DNA of 64,000 nt, taken from the NCBI GenBank assembly GCA_964016885.1, contig OZ024741.1, forward strand, positions 332,630,001-332,694,000, read 5' to 3'. Below the pieces are notes generated by a model. That model was given only the letters and a program-made list of their open reading frames with translations. It had not been told where the DNA came from and searched no databases. Numbering within the stretch: the stretch's first letter is position 1; every line of letters begins with the position of its first letter. The translations under genes were made by a program, and so were the position numbers. The stretch comes from Eledone cirrhosa. Its lineage: Eukaryota. Of the stretch, positions 27,001 through 41,499 are shown in pieces.

Positions 27001-27559
27001 GTGTGTGTGTGTATGTAATATTTATTATTAATAGTGGCATTTCACTTCAGAACTATATCACAAGCATTTATGTGTTTTTGTGCGAATGCATGTGTGTTTA
27101 TGTGTGTGTATGTGTGCATGAGTGCATAAATATATGTGTGTGTGTCATTGTTTGTTCACCTCTGTTTACAGTGGTGAAATGCACCCACCATCTGCCATTA
27201 CCACACAGGTAGAACACTATTGTCGACTTAATTACAGGTAGGATGTGATGTGCTGTATGTATTGTATGTGTGTGGTGTATGTATGTATGTATGTATAGAT
27301 GTGGTGTGCTGTATGTATGTATAGATGTGCTATGCTGTATGTATGTATGTTTAGAGGAAGATCAAGGTTGTGACTTTGTCAACTCTAAGAGTCATTGAGA
27401 AAGTTGAACAACAACACAAACTATCTTCCGTGACAGGATATGAATTAGAAACACCTCAGCTCTATGTCTCTCTGTGTGTGGTCATTACTTTATTCATAGT
27501 TCTTCATGGTCATTATTACTACTCTGACCATGTGTCTCTAGGCTTGTTAATTTGAGGAG

Positions 27560-27825
27560 GAGAGGGGTACCCTCCCCGGGTGACCTCGAAGTGTCAGGTG
27601 GTTCAGATTGGTGGGGTACCTGAGTTGCCCCTGGGTGGTTCACCACCTATTGGGGGCTTTATTTTGTTATTTTTATACATAGTTTATTTTTATATTTTTT
27701 CATTGTTATATTGGTGCATTTTTACTTGATCTTATTGTAAACCCCTGCTGTCCATGTATTTGTATTGTCCCCTACATGTTGGCTCTTGTGGCCAATAAAT
27801 GAAATCATCATCATCATCATCATTG
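27560..27825 (+). mobile_element. Probable 3' end of a non-LTR retrotransposon (GC-rich segment, T-rich UTR, AATAAA, (ATC)n tail)
   Basis: GC-rich island, then AATAAA at ~27793 immediately followed by (ATC)n. Confidence 0.4.
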
Positions 27826-28106
27826 CAGTCACTGCTGATGCTGTCATCATCATCTCCTCATCTTCATTGCCATCATCATCATCATCATCATCATCACCAT
27901 AATCATTAGTAGAAGTAGTAATAGTATTAGTAGTGGAATGGTAGTAGTATTATTAGTGGTGGTGGTAGCAATACTAGCTGCAGCAGCAGTAGTAGTAGTG
28001 GTGGTAGTAGTGTAATGGTAGTAGTATTAGTGGTGATGTTGGTGGTAGCAGTAGGAATAGTAGTAGCAGCAGGAATAGTAGTAGCTGTAGCAGCAGAAGC
28101 AGCAAC

Positions 28107-28185
<79 letters not shown>

Positions 28186-28192
28186 GCAGCAC
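27800..28192. repeat. Compound (CAT)n/(TAG)n/(CAG)n trinucleotide repeat
   Basis: Direct reading. Confidence 0.9.
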
Positions 28193-28515
28193 TGTAATTG
28201 TGACAATGCATTACTTAATTGAAAGGATGTAAACAGGGTTATCACACCAAGTCATACTCTATTTCTGACAGAGTGTTGTGTTATGACAATGGTAAAACTG
28301 TGAGTCACCTGCTGGCTTGAGGGATTGACCATTATTGGATTGCTTCAGAAATCATACAAACAATGTTTGAAGTTACTGATGAAAGTAGATACATTTCATA
28401 TGTAAATAGTAATATTAGGTTTTAGTTTAAGCACAAGGCCAAACATTTTGGGGGAGAAAAGTCGATTAAATTGACTCCAGTGCATTACCGGTACTTTATT
28501 TTATCAACTCCTTAA

Positions 28516-28723
28516 TCCTTTAGCATTTAAACTGGCCATATCCAACCAGAATTCTCTCACCTCTTTCTGTTCAAACTGACCATAACCGGCTACTCATACT
28601 AATGTTAAGGTATTGTTCTCAAAATAAATAATATCAAAATCTCTTAGATTCGATATTATGTGAAATAAAGCCTTTACCATGGAAATACAATAGTAAATAT
28701 AGAGTAATGTAAATACTAAAGAG
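28516..28723. mobile_element. piggyBac-like MITE inserted in a SINE A copy with a TTAA target duplication
   Basis: SINE core ttatcaactcc-TTAA-[tcctttagcattta...taaatactaaagag]-TTAA-ggatgaaagg. Other copies at 48109-48330, 52321-52527 and 18350-18545 (inverse, partial). Confidence 0.85.
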
Positions 28724-28904
28724 TTAAGGATGAAAGGTAAAGTTAACCTTGCCTGGATTTGAACTCAGAACTTAAAGGGACGTAACTGTAAGCTGCAAAA
28801 AATGTTCTCCACCGTTCTACTGATACTGCAAATCCACTGCCCTTATATGGGAAATAATGATGATAATTTTTTCTACATTTAGTGCAAACCTATATAAAAT
28901 TTTA

Positions 28905-29170
28905 GGCAAAAATATGGTAATGAAAGGGTTAATGACATAGCCAGTGTCTTTCATTAGAATTATGGTAATGGAAAGGTTAAAACATAGGCAGTGTCTTTCA
29001 TTAGAAATATGGTAATGAAAGGGTTAAAGATATTGACAGTATCTTTCATTTGAAATATGGTAATGAAAGGGTTGATGACATAGACTGTATCTTTTATTAG
29101 AAATATGGTAATGGAAGGGTTAAAACATAGGTAGTGTCTTTTATTAGAAATATGGTAATGGAAGGGTTAA
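28905..29170. repeat. Tandem array (~6 x 47-48 bp) of a piggyBac-like MITE right end
   Basis: Unit gtgtctttcattagaaatatggtaatgaaagggttaa. GGG-TTAA is the TIR end plus target site. Confidence 0.75.
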
Positions 29171-31343
29171 ATAATGAATTGGCAGTTAAATGTTTCTGTT
29201 ATTGAATCTTTCCATACCCTCCATGTATTGAAAACCTTATTTATGATTGGTAGTTGTTTAAAGATGAGCTTCTCCCCCCCCCCCCCCCCTCTCTCAGACT
29301 AGCAATGAATCTTTTTGTGACTTCCATGTATTAGGGTTTCTGGTTTATGATTGATAGTTGTTTAGCGATGAGCTTTAAAATATATCTCTCTCTCTCTGAA
29401 TCTTTTTCTGGACTCCATGTATTAGAATGTCTTCTTTATAGTTGGTCAATCCTTATTAGATTATTTTAACCTTTTTGATGCCAAACTGCCTGAAAAACTC
29501 TCTTTGTTCTACAATATTATACTGCTTGTTTTAAAGTGTATATTCTTATCTAAAACACCTTCCATTATAATTTCATATAAGAACCTTTTCTTATGTTATA
29601 AACACCAGCATAATTATGAGGAATTTAGTTATACAAGGGTCGGTTGAAAAGATCATAGACTGACTATGAAATCTTGCATGCATTAATTGCAACTTTTCTT
29701 ATTAATAACTGCATTGTTTCTTTCTAAGATCTATGTTGAAAAATAAACATCATTTGGTCATGCCATGAACTTTTCAGTTGACTCTCATATTACTAAATCC
29801 CTCATTTCATTATTTTTAACATTATTTGAGAAATTTAATTATCTTACTAAATGCCTCTAGTGTCTTTCATTAGAAATATGATAACAATAGGGCTAGAGAC
29901 ATAAGCTGCGTTTAATTAGTTGGGGTTGACAGGCTCTCATTGCGTTGGAAAACCAGGAAACTAGCTGCATCAAGTCTCCTTCTAATGACATCATTCAAGG
30001 CAGTAAGCATGTTTAGGGGAAGACATAATTTCAAAATGTCTTCCTTCTCAGGCTGGTAATTTTTATATTGAAACCAATGAACCAATACTACTATAAAGTT
30101 TATGATAAATCAAGGCCTTGTCCACTTGCTGCTTTTTTTTTGTATTTTCCTACAATTTACTGCTACTGAGTTTCAAAGAAAAGAAGCGTTTTATTCAACT
30201 CACAGATTTCTAGATACATTTGCCTTATCCCCTTTGTTCTTCTTCGTCCCTTCTTTCACTCCTTTTATCTACCCCCCTTTTTCTCTCTCTTTCTCACTCT
30301 CACCTTTCATCTCTTTTTCTCTCTCTTTCAATCATTCCTTTTATCTCACTTCATTCTTTATATTTTCATTCTTTATATCTTCTTCACTCACTCCCTTTAC
30401 TTCTTTCACTCTCTATCATACCTTTTTATCTCTCTCTTTCTCTCTCTCATTCTCTTCTTATCTCTTTCCTACTTCTTTTATCTCCCTCCTTTTCACTAAC
30501 CCAAACACACACATTTATATACATATGTGTAAATATATGTGTGTACATAGTGTTTTTGCACATCTGTAACATCAAGCCAACATGCTAACATACATAAAGT
30601 CAAAGAATACACACATATATGCATATACACATGCACACATGTTATCACAACAAAAAGACACCCACACTCAATCACATGGACACATGAACACACACACACA
30701 CACACACACAACAATACATTAGTGTTACATGAACTGTTTTTTCCTTGTTGGAGTGAATCAGATATTTCTAAGAAATCTGAATAATTGCAGGAATTGTTTG
30801 GAAGAGTCATGTTTTTACAAATTGAAGCCATTCATAACAACAAAACTGTTAAAGACAAAGTCTGGGTGATGGTTATTTTGGTCACATTCGTATTTGTTTT
30901 GTAAGATAAGATTCTTGATGTCAAACATGTATTGAAACAGATATTGTTATATATTGATAGGATGATGCTGTCAATAAAAACACCTAGTGCATGTGTTTTT
31001 ATTGGCAGCATGACCCAACCAAAATGTAACCATGATATAATCAATCTTTAAATTTGTATTTGTTTTGTAAGATTCTTGATGTGAAATTGTGTATCGAAAT
31101 AGATATTGTTATACTTTGCATCACTTTTGATTGATTGGAGTGTGAGTTGCACAACTCCAGTTGATTAATTCCATATAGAAATATATATATTTATACATAT
31201 ATCATCATCAACATCATCGTTTAATGTCTATATTCCATGCCAGTATGGGTTAGACAGGTTTGTTCCATTTAGAAGCAAGTTGGGTCGGGTGACCATATAG
31301 GACTGTTTCTGGCTGGTTTTTTATGGCTGGATGCCCTTCCTAG

Positions 31344-31390
<47 letters not shown>

Positions 31391-31499
31391 CAAATTTTAT
31401 TTTTATATATGTATATCGAAACAGCCAGAGCTCAGCCGTTGGGCTCCTGACTCTTTTCCTATATATATATATATATATCTATGTTATGTAAATATATAT

Positions 31500-32085
31500 A
31501 TATATCATCATCATCATCACCGTTTAACGTCTATCTTCCACGCTAGCATGGGTTTAGACGGGAATTGTCCCACTTGAGGCAATATTGGTCGTCTCGCTCG
31601 TATAGGACTGTCTGGCCGGTTTTCTACGGCTGGATGCCCTTCCTAACACCAACCACGTTTACAGTGTGGACTGGGAGGTTTTTACCGTGTTACCTACACG
31701 GGCACATTACAGTGTGGACTGTGTGTTCTTTCTGTCGTGACACCTACACGATCTCATTTGTTTAGGACTGGATGTTGTGGTACCAACATAACTTTACAGA
31801 GAAAGGGGTGGTGGGGATGGGGTAGTTGGGGTAGTGGGAGGGGGGTGTATATTTAATTAAGAGGTGCCTACTGACTGTAGGTTTCGCTTTGTACTTAGGC
31901 AAGGCGAGTTTTCTGTAATACTGTGTAGCACCAAAGATCTCGGTCCAGTGACATTGTCTTAGAGAGGTGTAAGTGTGTGAGGTCGGAATTTATTAAATCG
32001 TCCCAGGTTTTTCTGGGTCTGCCTACTCCGTAACTTCCGTCAATTTTGAACGCCCTGCACCTTTTTATACTGCTGTCGTCTTTGT
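31500..32085 (-). mobile_element. RTE-type LINE 3' fragment plus 3' UTR, close relative of 15448-16752
   Basis: GRPRKTWDDLINSDLTHLHLSKTMSLDRDLW is nearly identical to the end of the 380-aa ORF. (GAT)n tail. Confidence 0.85.
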
Positions 32086-33120
32086 ATATATATATATACA
32101 ATGTAAATGTATATATATATATATTGAAGTTTCAGCTTGATCACTTCATCTGGCTGCTATATATATATATAACTTTGATAGGTTTTGGTCAGTGTTGGTC
32201 TAGTCCATGTTTTACATAATGGCACCACATGATTCAGATTATGGGTTCACAACCTAGTCATGTTTTGGACACCATAGCCCACTCTAGTAAAGAGTTGTTG
32301 TTTTCAGAGACATATCCAGGTGTAGGAGATTTAACCGGAATTTCTTGGAGGAATTTGTCCAAGACACTTTTAAATATTATGGGATCTGTTTCTGTCTTGA
32401 TGTATTTTGGTATGATATTGGTATGATTTGGTGTGTGTATTTGTACATGTTAGCTCATCTTTTACCAAATTACTAAAATGCTTAATAGTTATTTAATCTT
32501 AATTTTTTTCTTTTTTCTCTTTTTCTTTTTTTCAAAGTGCTCAACTTAATCAGCAGAAATGAATCTCCTCAACTGTGACAAAACTGAAAGAGGAAAGAAT
32601 TACTCTTGTAATTCTCATAAGGAATTGTTAATGGTTAATGGAAGCTACACTTACTAGAAACTTGCATATTGGAACAATCAATGCAGAACCCTTCTTAATT
32701 TACCAAAATCTTCAGTTACAATAAACATCAGTTTTGAGTTGGGTTGTTTTATTTTAATAATGCTGAATAACAAATAATTATATTTAATATATTACTGAAA
32801 ACTAGGGTGGTGGATTGGCAGAAGTCGTAGAGCATCGGACAAGATGCAATTGTGGCATTTATTTATGGCTCTTCACGTACTGAGTTCAAATCCCACCGAG
32901 GTCAACTTTACCTTTCATCCTTCTGGGGTCGATAAAACAAAGTACCAGTAAAATACTGGGGTCGACATAATCGGCTTTCCCCTCCCCACACATTGCTGAC
33001 CTTGTGCTTCAATTTGAAATTTACCTATTGCTGAGAACTTCTGAATAACAACAGAAAATAAAAATACAGTAAATAAGTACTGCATATACTTGTGTATAAA
33101 TAAGTCGCATAATTTTCCAT

Positions 33121-33470
33121 TGGGGTACAATGTGAAAAGCCAGCATGGACCTACAAGACCTACACTTCAAAATATATGGTACATTGTAAATATATGGAAA
33201 ATGAAGCTGTGGTATATCTATTGATTTGAGGATATATATATATATACACACACACTCTCTGTGTATAGTCATATATGTTCCATAAAAATACGATATGTAA
33301 CCTATCTACTGGACCTATAAAAATTCCATACTGAATATAAGGTACATTGTAAATGTTGTTTGTAAAATAGAGGTCTGACATATCTACTGGACCTACAAAA
33401 CCTCAATACAAAATATATGGTACATTGTAAATGTCATCTGTAAAATGGAGGTGCGACTTCTCTACTTATC
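33121..33470. repeat. Degenerate tandem repeat, ~78 bp unit
   Basis: Recurring ggtacattgtaaat...tctactggacctac. Confidence 0.6.
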
Positions 33471-34063
33471 TACCAGTGTGATTTATACACAAGTGTATAC
33501 AGTATTTAAACAATTGATTGAATACAACCTAAACACAGACAGAATTTTTTTTTCCATTTGAGAACTAAAAAAAATAAAAGAAGAGAAGAATAAAAGAAGC
33601 AGAAGAAATAATAACAACAATAATAAAACAATAATAAATAAAAGAATAATTCCATACCCTTTTTTTAAAATGCAAAGAATCTTTGCCATAAATCTTTGCA
33701 TTTTAATCTCTGCACACGTCAAGGTGTATTCCACTTCATTACCGACAACTGTTCCACTGACAATAAAACTGTGATACACACGAAGGAATTTTGACACAAG
33801 AATTTGCACCAGAAAAACCATATTACTCCAATGCAACAGGAAAAATTATTACACTAGAAGAACTAAATGAAAATTAGTAATTTCACTAATTTACTAAACA
33901 GATGTTATCTACTATCGTTTTAATAGTAATTATCAATTATTTTTATCAATCAATTAATATTTATTTATTTATCTATTTATTTTTACTTGTGCAGAAATCA
34001 CATTCATGAAGAGTTATATCATGTTTACAGAATTCTACACACATATATCCATGTATATGTGCA

Positions 34064-34127
<64 letters not shown>

Positions 34128-34970
34128 AGAGTATTGTATATGCTTATATGATACTTTATTATATTGAGTTCTTCCTCTTCTGCAGGCTACAATGATCAAC
34201 AAATGAGAACCCAGTGTATATATATATATATGTGTGTGTGTATGTATGTATATATATGTATATATATATATACATACATACATACATACATGTATGTGGA
34301 TATATATATAGTATTATGTGTGATTGTCTGCATCTATATATATGTATGTGTGTATATATATATATATAATATATAGACATTCACATATACAAATACATTC
34401 TTACACTGATATTTATTTGTACAAATATTTATAAATCTGTACATATGTATAAAGAAAACTAATGTAAAATAAAATTTGTATAAAAATCTTTATGTAAAAA
34501 AACAAACAAAAAAAAAGGAAAAAAATTTGAATGAAAATGAAGAAAAACAAAAGAATCAGAAAATCCAGAACCAGACATGGGCAAATCCTTTGTTTTATCC
34601 TGTAAATAAACTGCCTGTTACACACTCCCATTTAATTGTAAAATTATTACTAAATTCAATATGTAACAGGGGAGTTTATCTCTTTCCATTGTAAGATATT
34701 GCAAACATCAGATCCATTGTTATGTCTGCACACTAGAGGGTCATTTATATATAATGTATGGGAAGGTGGAAAGATTTAAGTACCTAAATATATATATATA
34801 TAATTGTGTCCTCTCCCCCATCCCAGCATGGCTGCAGTATAATAACTAAAAACCAGTAAAAGACTAAAATAATAAAATAATATACAATGATGAAAGAACA
34901 TTGAACATTTTACAAACCAATTCAACATCCAATTCTCCACATCTTTCATAATGTTCATATGCTGTGTGTA

Positions 34971-35008
<38 letters not shown>

Positions 35009-35058
35009 GTAATATGTATATATTATATATATATTATATATATATTATATATATATAT

Positions 35059-35170
<112 letters not shown>

Positions 35171-36359
35171 TTTTGACAAATGATTGTATACAGGGATATA
35201 TTTCATACTTTTGTTGTCCTTAATAAAGAATTAAAAATAGAAAAACAAGAAAAAACATTGGTTTAAATGAATTTAATGTAAATCTTATATTTCATTGTGC
35301 TGTTTTTTTTTTTTGTTTTTGTTTTTTGGGTTTTTTTCTATCATTCTTCTTTTGTTTTTTGTAATTCCAAAATGGCTTCTGAAATGGGATAAAATTCTAC
35401 AAATTCTCCCTTGTGTTTTATCCTGTGTAAAATTAATAAAATAAAGAATTTATTTACTTTTTATATAAGAATCAACTGGAAGTTAAGAATTTCTAATTAT
35501 TTGGTGCAATCCTCATCATCATCATCATCTTCATCCTCATTTTTATATCAGTCTTTTCCATGTTTGCATGAATTAAATGAATTCTCTCCAGGGCAGCTTC
35601 CTTTCATTTTTCGCTTTTCAATGTCATCTCATTTGTGAGTTTCAACATGTAAAGGTCAGCTTTTAGCTTTCACCACTTCTGTTCATGTCCCTCTTGGTCT
35701 CCCTCTTCCGAAGACTTCCACTCATTTGGCAGTTTCAGCTCTTCTTCACTCAATGATCAACGTACATACACATTACATGTCTAAAAAAGAGGTCTAAAGT
35801 CTGTTTCGAGCCTGGAAGCTCATCAGGCCAGTGTTGGTTTTCATGGTGTAAAGTGACTGAGAGTACAATACTTCCCATAGGCAGAACGCCAGTCCATTGT
35901 TGCTGGTACTCATTTTCAGCTGAGTATACTGGAGCAACAGAAGATGAAGTGTTTTGTTCAAGAACACAACACACAACTCAGTCTAGGAATCGAACCTATG
36001 ATGTTATGACTGTAAGTCCAACACACTTACTATTAGGCCACATACCATGTCCGTTATGAATAATTTGTAAATTTCCTGAAGCTTTCTCTGTTCAAATCCT
36101 GCTGAGGCGGTAGATTTAATTCATTGCCTGGTTTAACAACACTGCCTGTCCCTTGGATGAAAGCATTTCAACCAGGATTTGAGGACACCTTCCTTCCTCC
36201 CTCAATACCACCTAAGGTTTTAAGAAAGGGGTAATGGGTATTTCCATCCTTCTCTGACTATCTTAACTAAAAAGCAACATTCTCTCTACTTTTTCCCAAT
36301 GACTGAGTGGAACATTTGATGTTTGAGCAAAAATGAATAAATCCAAAGTTTCTGCATGG

Positions 36360-36545
36360 CAACATTTTGATGTGCACAGCAATATTTGGATCTGTGCAGC
36401 AATATTTAGATGTGCACAGCCATATTTTGATGTGTGCAGTAACATTTTGATGTATGCAGCAATATTCAGATATACATAGCAACATTTTAATGCACATGGT
36501 AATACCTTGATGTGTGCAGTAATATTTGGATGTATGAAGCACCAA
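36360..36545. repeat. Minisatellite, 20 bp unit AA(C/T)ATTTTGATGTGCACAGC
   Basis: About nine tandem units in register. Confidence 0.9.
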
Positions 36546-38250
36546 TACAGTGACTGCATGGCTGTGCACCTATGCAGCTTAATGGGAACATTGAAAAACA
36601 ATAAGAAAATGAAATATACCAAATAAAAATATATTTCCAAAATTAATAATTTGATGTGTCTAGGCTAAAGATGATATATATATATATGTATATTTGTGTG
36701 TTAAATTTATTGGTGTGTTTTTAATTTTAATTGATATCCTTAAAGTTTGAAATTTCACACCAATTCTATATCTTAAAATAAGTTGGTATAAAATCATACA
36801 AAAAAAAAAAAAACTTTTATTGAAAAGTAAAATGAATCGATTTTTTAGTTAAAACATCCACAAAATCTTAATAAATGACAGAAAACTATGTTATATTATA
36901 TGTCAGCGAAATAATGAATAGGCAAATTATTTTGAGTATCAATGGTTTCTATAATTACTTTAAGTATTGAAGTCTGAATTGATAAAATGCCAGCCTACTA
37001 GCTGAAAAGTCTACAGATCATATCTCATAGTGATTTCTTGGCAGAGATATTTTACTCACAATTACCCACCCTACATCATTATCATCATCACCATATAACA
37101 TCCATTTTCCCACACTGCTATGTTGTAAATACATACAATAGAGAGGTACCATGTGTAAGACATCCTTTTTTTACCCCCCCCCCCCCCCCCCCAAAAAAAA
37201 AAAAATTGGTGTCAAAATCTTACTTGCAGACTCCATGACAGGTTTCATACTTAATATGATGTTCTCACCCGATACAATGTTTTATGGCTGGATATTGTTC
37301 CTTGGCGACAACCTTTTTAGCTGTCTTTTACAACATGCAGGGACACAATGTATGATATTTATTCTTGCCAGAATGAAAAGAAGGATTCCCACACCCCAAA
37401 TGTACCTCCAGACATCACCCTAAGGCCACCTCTGTCTCTCATCTTCCTTAGTAAGCCATTGGTGGTAGCCCCTCTCTGGTCACCTCTCTTAGCAAGCAAT
37501 ATGTATCTTGCTCCCCTCCCTCTACTCTTATTACTGCATTCCCAGCCTGACTGAGGACAGTAAAACAAGTGCTCTACTGTCAATGTGGTAGTGCTGGTTT
37601 CACAATAAAATGCACTCAATCTGCACTATAAAGTGGTAGTGCTGTTGTCATAATACTAAGAACCCAGTCTATCCTGTTAGGTGGATATAACAGCACCATG
37701 ATAAAACACACCTGGTACTTGCTGTGAAGTGGTTAGCACAAGGGCATCCAGCCAGTCATAGAAACCAAGCCAGAATCGAACGTATGAGTAAGTACAGTCA
37801 TCTGACCTGTGTAGTCTCAGAATATGACAAGTAGAGCTGGACTTCCTTGAGGCCCCTCTCAAAAATACAATTATTATTTTTTATATTGATTTTAATGATA
37901 AAGAATAAGTTATATATATATGAATGTATATATAGTGTATTTTGCAATAAACTGTATGCTTAATTAAAAGCATTTCGAAGACCTTACGCTATTGTTTTAG
38001 AGTAGTGACAGTCTTACTTACTTTAAATTTTCAGCAAACAGGGGAGATAAAGCTGACAGAGCTCTGTTTCGTACTTTTTGGTACTTATCGACCGGCAACC
38101 GCTATGTATAATCAGTTCCTGATTATTACTAGAATTCTATAACATTCAAACATTCATGATTTTCAGCAAACAGGTGGAGTACTTAGCTTTGATAACTTAT
38201 TCTTTATATATATATATAATCATTTTATTAAGGCAAATTAGTGAGTCTTG

Positions 38251-38296
38251 TTGTTACTTTGGAGTTTCGCCTATTTATCACAGGGTCATCAGACGA
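38251..38296 (-). ncRNA. Type I hammerhead-like motif (PLE remnant)
   Basis: Minus strand: ttcgt-CTGATGA-ccctgt/gataa/ataggc-GAA-ACT/ccaa/AGT-A-acaa. An inverted partial copy ttgtCTGATGAtcc lies at 38303-38316. (TA)n nearby. Folded by hand. Confidence 0.6.
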
Positions 38297-39599
38297 AAAC
38301 TCTTGTCTGATGATCCATGATGTGTGGCCCTAAGCTATAGCTTATTTAGCTTATAGGTAAGTCTAGAACTGCATGCAAGCATAGAAAATAGATGTTAAAA
38401 GTTGATGAAGACGATGATGATTATAATAATTGATACAAAAATTGAGTCAAAATCTAATAAATTAAGGTAGGAAATGTTAAATGTTATTTTTTCTTAAGAA
38501 AATCTCCAGCCATCTTAACTTTCTAGCTATAGATATTTCATTTCAACTCATTTATGTTTTGGAGTTTACCTGTGTCAACCCATTATTATCTGCCCCCTCC
38601 CCTCCTTCTTCAAATCTATCAGACCAATCATCTAATATCGAATATCTGATCAAAATGTTCAAGTAGATGACTCTATTCAATCACATTGACAATATATGAA
38701 ATGAATAAATAATTATACATTCAACATTTTAACATTACTGGACCATGGCTCACATTCAGTGAGCCATGATACTTTTTATGACTTCAAACATTATTTTAAT
38801 AATTGAAAAGTATCATCATCATCTCATCATTATTTTTGTCCACTTTTCCATGCTTGCATGGGTTGAACAGATCTTTTCGAGCTCAGCATCACTCCATTTA
38901 TTATGAGATTCAACAATTTGAGATCAACTCACACCACTTCTGCTATCTGAGTCTTCCTTGTTTTTTTTTTTTTTTTTTTTCTACTTCACTTACCTCTTCT
39001 CTTGGGATTTCCTGGCACTTCTACACCCACTGTTCCTATGCCACATGCATCACATGTCTATACTAATACAGTCATCTCTCTTGTACACTACATCTGATTT
39101 CTCTGAAAAGTTCTTAAGCTGAACACTCTCATGGAATGACCAAATGAGGTTTATTTTTCTCCATAGTTCCAGGAAAGAAAAAATTCTGTTATTAATAAGA
39201 AAAGTTGAAATTAATGCATGCAAGATTACACTGGTTTAGTATCACTCCTTTATAGTCAGCCTATGCACTTTTAAGCCAACCATCTTATACCCAGTTTACA
39301 GATCAATTATAAGTCCAGTGAAACTGCTAGAACAGAGATTCCTAACCTGGATTCCATGGACCCCTATATATCTGCAATGGTAAACTAGGGGAACTAAATA
39401 AAAAATTTCAATTACTTTCTTAAAAACTTAATATATACACACTGTTGTGTGTTCATTTTTCTCAAAGTAAAAAACATTTCTCTCTTTCATTTATTAGTGT
39501 TGCTGTATAACAATCTGAAAAGAGAGTGAACCATGGAAAAATTCATTTAAATAAAAGAGAACATTGGTGGGAAAAATTTTAAGAAACACTGTACTATAA

Positions 39600-41250
39600 T
39601 AATAATAATGATAATAATAATAATGGTTTCTTATATAGGCACAAGGCCAACAATATGGGGGGAGGGGGAAGTCAATTTAATCGACCCCAGTGCGTGACTG
39701 GTACTTTATTTTATCGACCCCGTTAAAAGGCAAAGTTAACCTCGCCGGGATTTGAACTCAGATAATAAAGGGCCATAACTCTATCCTGTAAAGCATGGTG
39801 TCCGATCCTCTACCGATACTGCCAATCCACCAATAATAATCCATGTCCTGAAAAGGGCATTATCAATTTAAATATCTTGCAAAGACATTTAATGTTGTTT
39901 ATGACCTTATGGCATCATTTGCTGGACAATTAATTGTTAAATGTGTTTATTACCAAATGTTGCCTCAGGTGTCCGATTGATACCTGGCAAGATATGTGAA
40001 AGAAGCAGAATTCAAAGGAAGTTTCAAATACTTTTGGCACAAGGCCAGCAATACCCAGTGCATTACTGGTACTTTATTTTATCGACCCCATAAGGATGAA
40101 AGGCAAAGTTAACCTTTGCTGGATTTGAACTCAGATCATAAAGGGCCATAACTCTTTGCTGCAAAACATAGCGTCTGATCTTTTACTGATACTGCCAATC
40201 CACTGCAAATAGTAATAATAATTGTTTCTACTTTTGGCACAAGGCCAGCAATTATCCCAGTACATTACTGGTACTTTATTTTATCGACCCCGTAAGGATG
40301 AAAGGCAAAGTTAACCTCGACAGGATTTGAACTCAGACCGTAAAGGGACGTAACTATGCTGGAAAGTATGGTGTCCGACCCTCTACCGATACTGCCAATT
40401 CACATAATGATGGTTTCTTATATAGGCACAAGGCCAGCAATTTGAAGTGGGGGGGGGGGGTGATTAAATCGACCCCAGCACTTACTGGTGCTTTATTTTA
40501 TTGACCCCATAAGGGTGACAGGCAAAGCTAACTTCAGCGGGATTTGAACTCAGAGCATAAAGGGCTGTAACTCTCTGTCGTCATGCAGGGTGTCTGATGC
40601 TCTACTGTTATTGCCGATCCACAACCCTTTATATATAATAATAATTGTTTCTACTTTAGGCACAAGACCAGCAATTACCCCAGTGTATTACTGGTACTTT
40701 ATTTTATCGACCCCACAAGGATGAAAGACAAAGTTAACCATAAAGGGCCGTAACTCTTTGCTGCAAAGCATGGCGTCCAACCCTCTACCGAGTGCCAATC
40801 CTCCACCCTTATATATAATAATAATTGTTTCTACTATTGGCACAAGGCCAGCAAATACCCAGTACATCACTGGTACTTTATTTTATCGACCCTGTAAGGA
40901 TGAAAGGCAAAGTTAACCTTATATATAATAATAATTGTTTCTACTTTTGGCACAAAGCCAGCAATTACCGGTATTTTATTTTATTACTGGTATTTTATTT
41001 AATTACTGGTATTTTATTTTATCGATCCCGTAAGGATGAAAGGCAAAGTTAACCTAATGATAATTGTTTCTACTAATTGGCACTAGGCCAGCAATTACCC
41101 CAGTACATTACTGGTGCTTTATTTTATCAACCCTGTAAGGATGAAAGGCAAAGCTAATCTCGGCAGGATTTGAACTCAGAACATAAAGAGTTATAACTCT
41201 ATGTTGCAAAGCATGTTGTCTGACGCTCTACCGATACTGCTAATCCATAA
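39600..41250 (-). mobile_element. Array of about nine same-orientation SINE family A copies, several internally deleted
   Basis: Repeated units start with (AAT)n-tgtttc...ggcacaaggcc at ~39600, 40020, 40215, 40408, 40635, 40815, 40925 and 41060. Confidence 0.88.
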
Positions 41251-41499
41251 TAATTATCATTCACACATACAACATCACCTTCTCACACCTCCTGCCCCTC
41301 CCTTTTCTCTCTCTCTCTCTCCCTCCTCATCTATCTCCCTTCTCTCTCTCCCTATCTATCTATCTCCCTTCTCTCTCTCCCTCTCTCCCTATACATATTC
41401 TAATGTTTATCTACCCAATCTACCCTACTTGTCTCCACTTCAACTGACTACCCTACAAATATATATATAATAGTAATATTAATAAAAGACTAAAAGAAT

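Noticed and set aside
30102-30588. 155-aa and 122-aa hydrophobic ORFs
   Set aside because: Low-complexity CT-rich tract.
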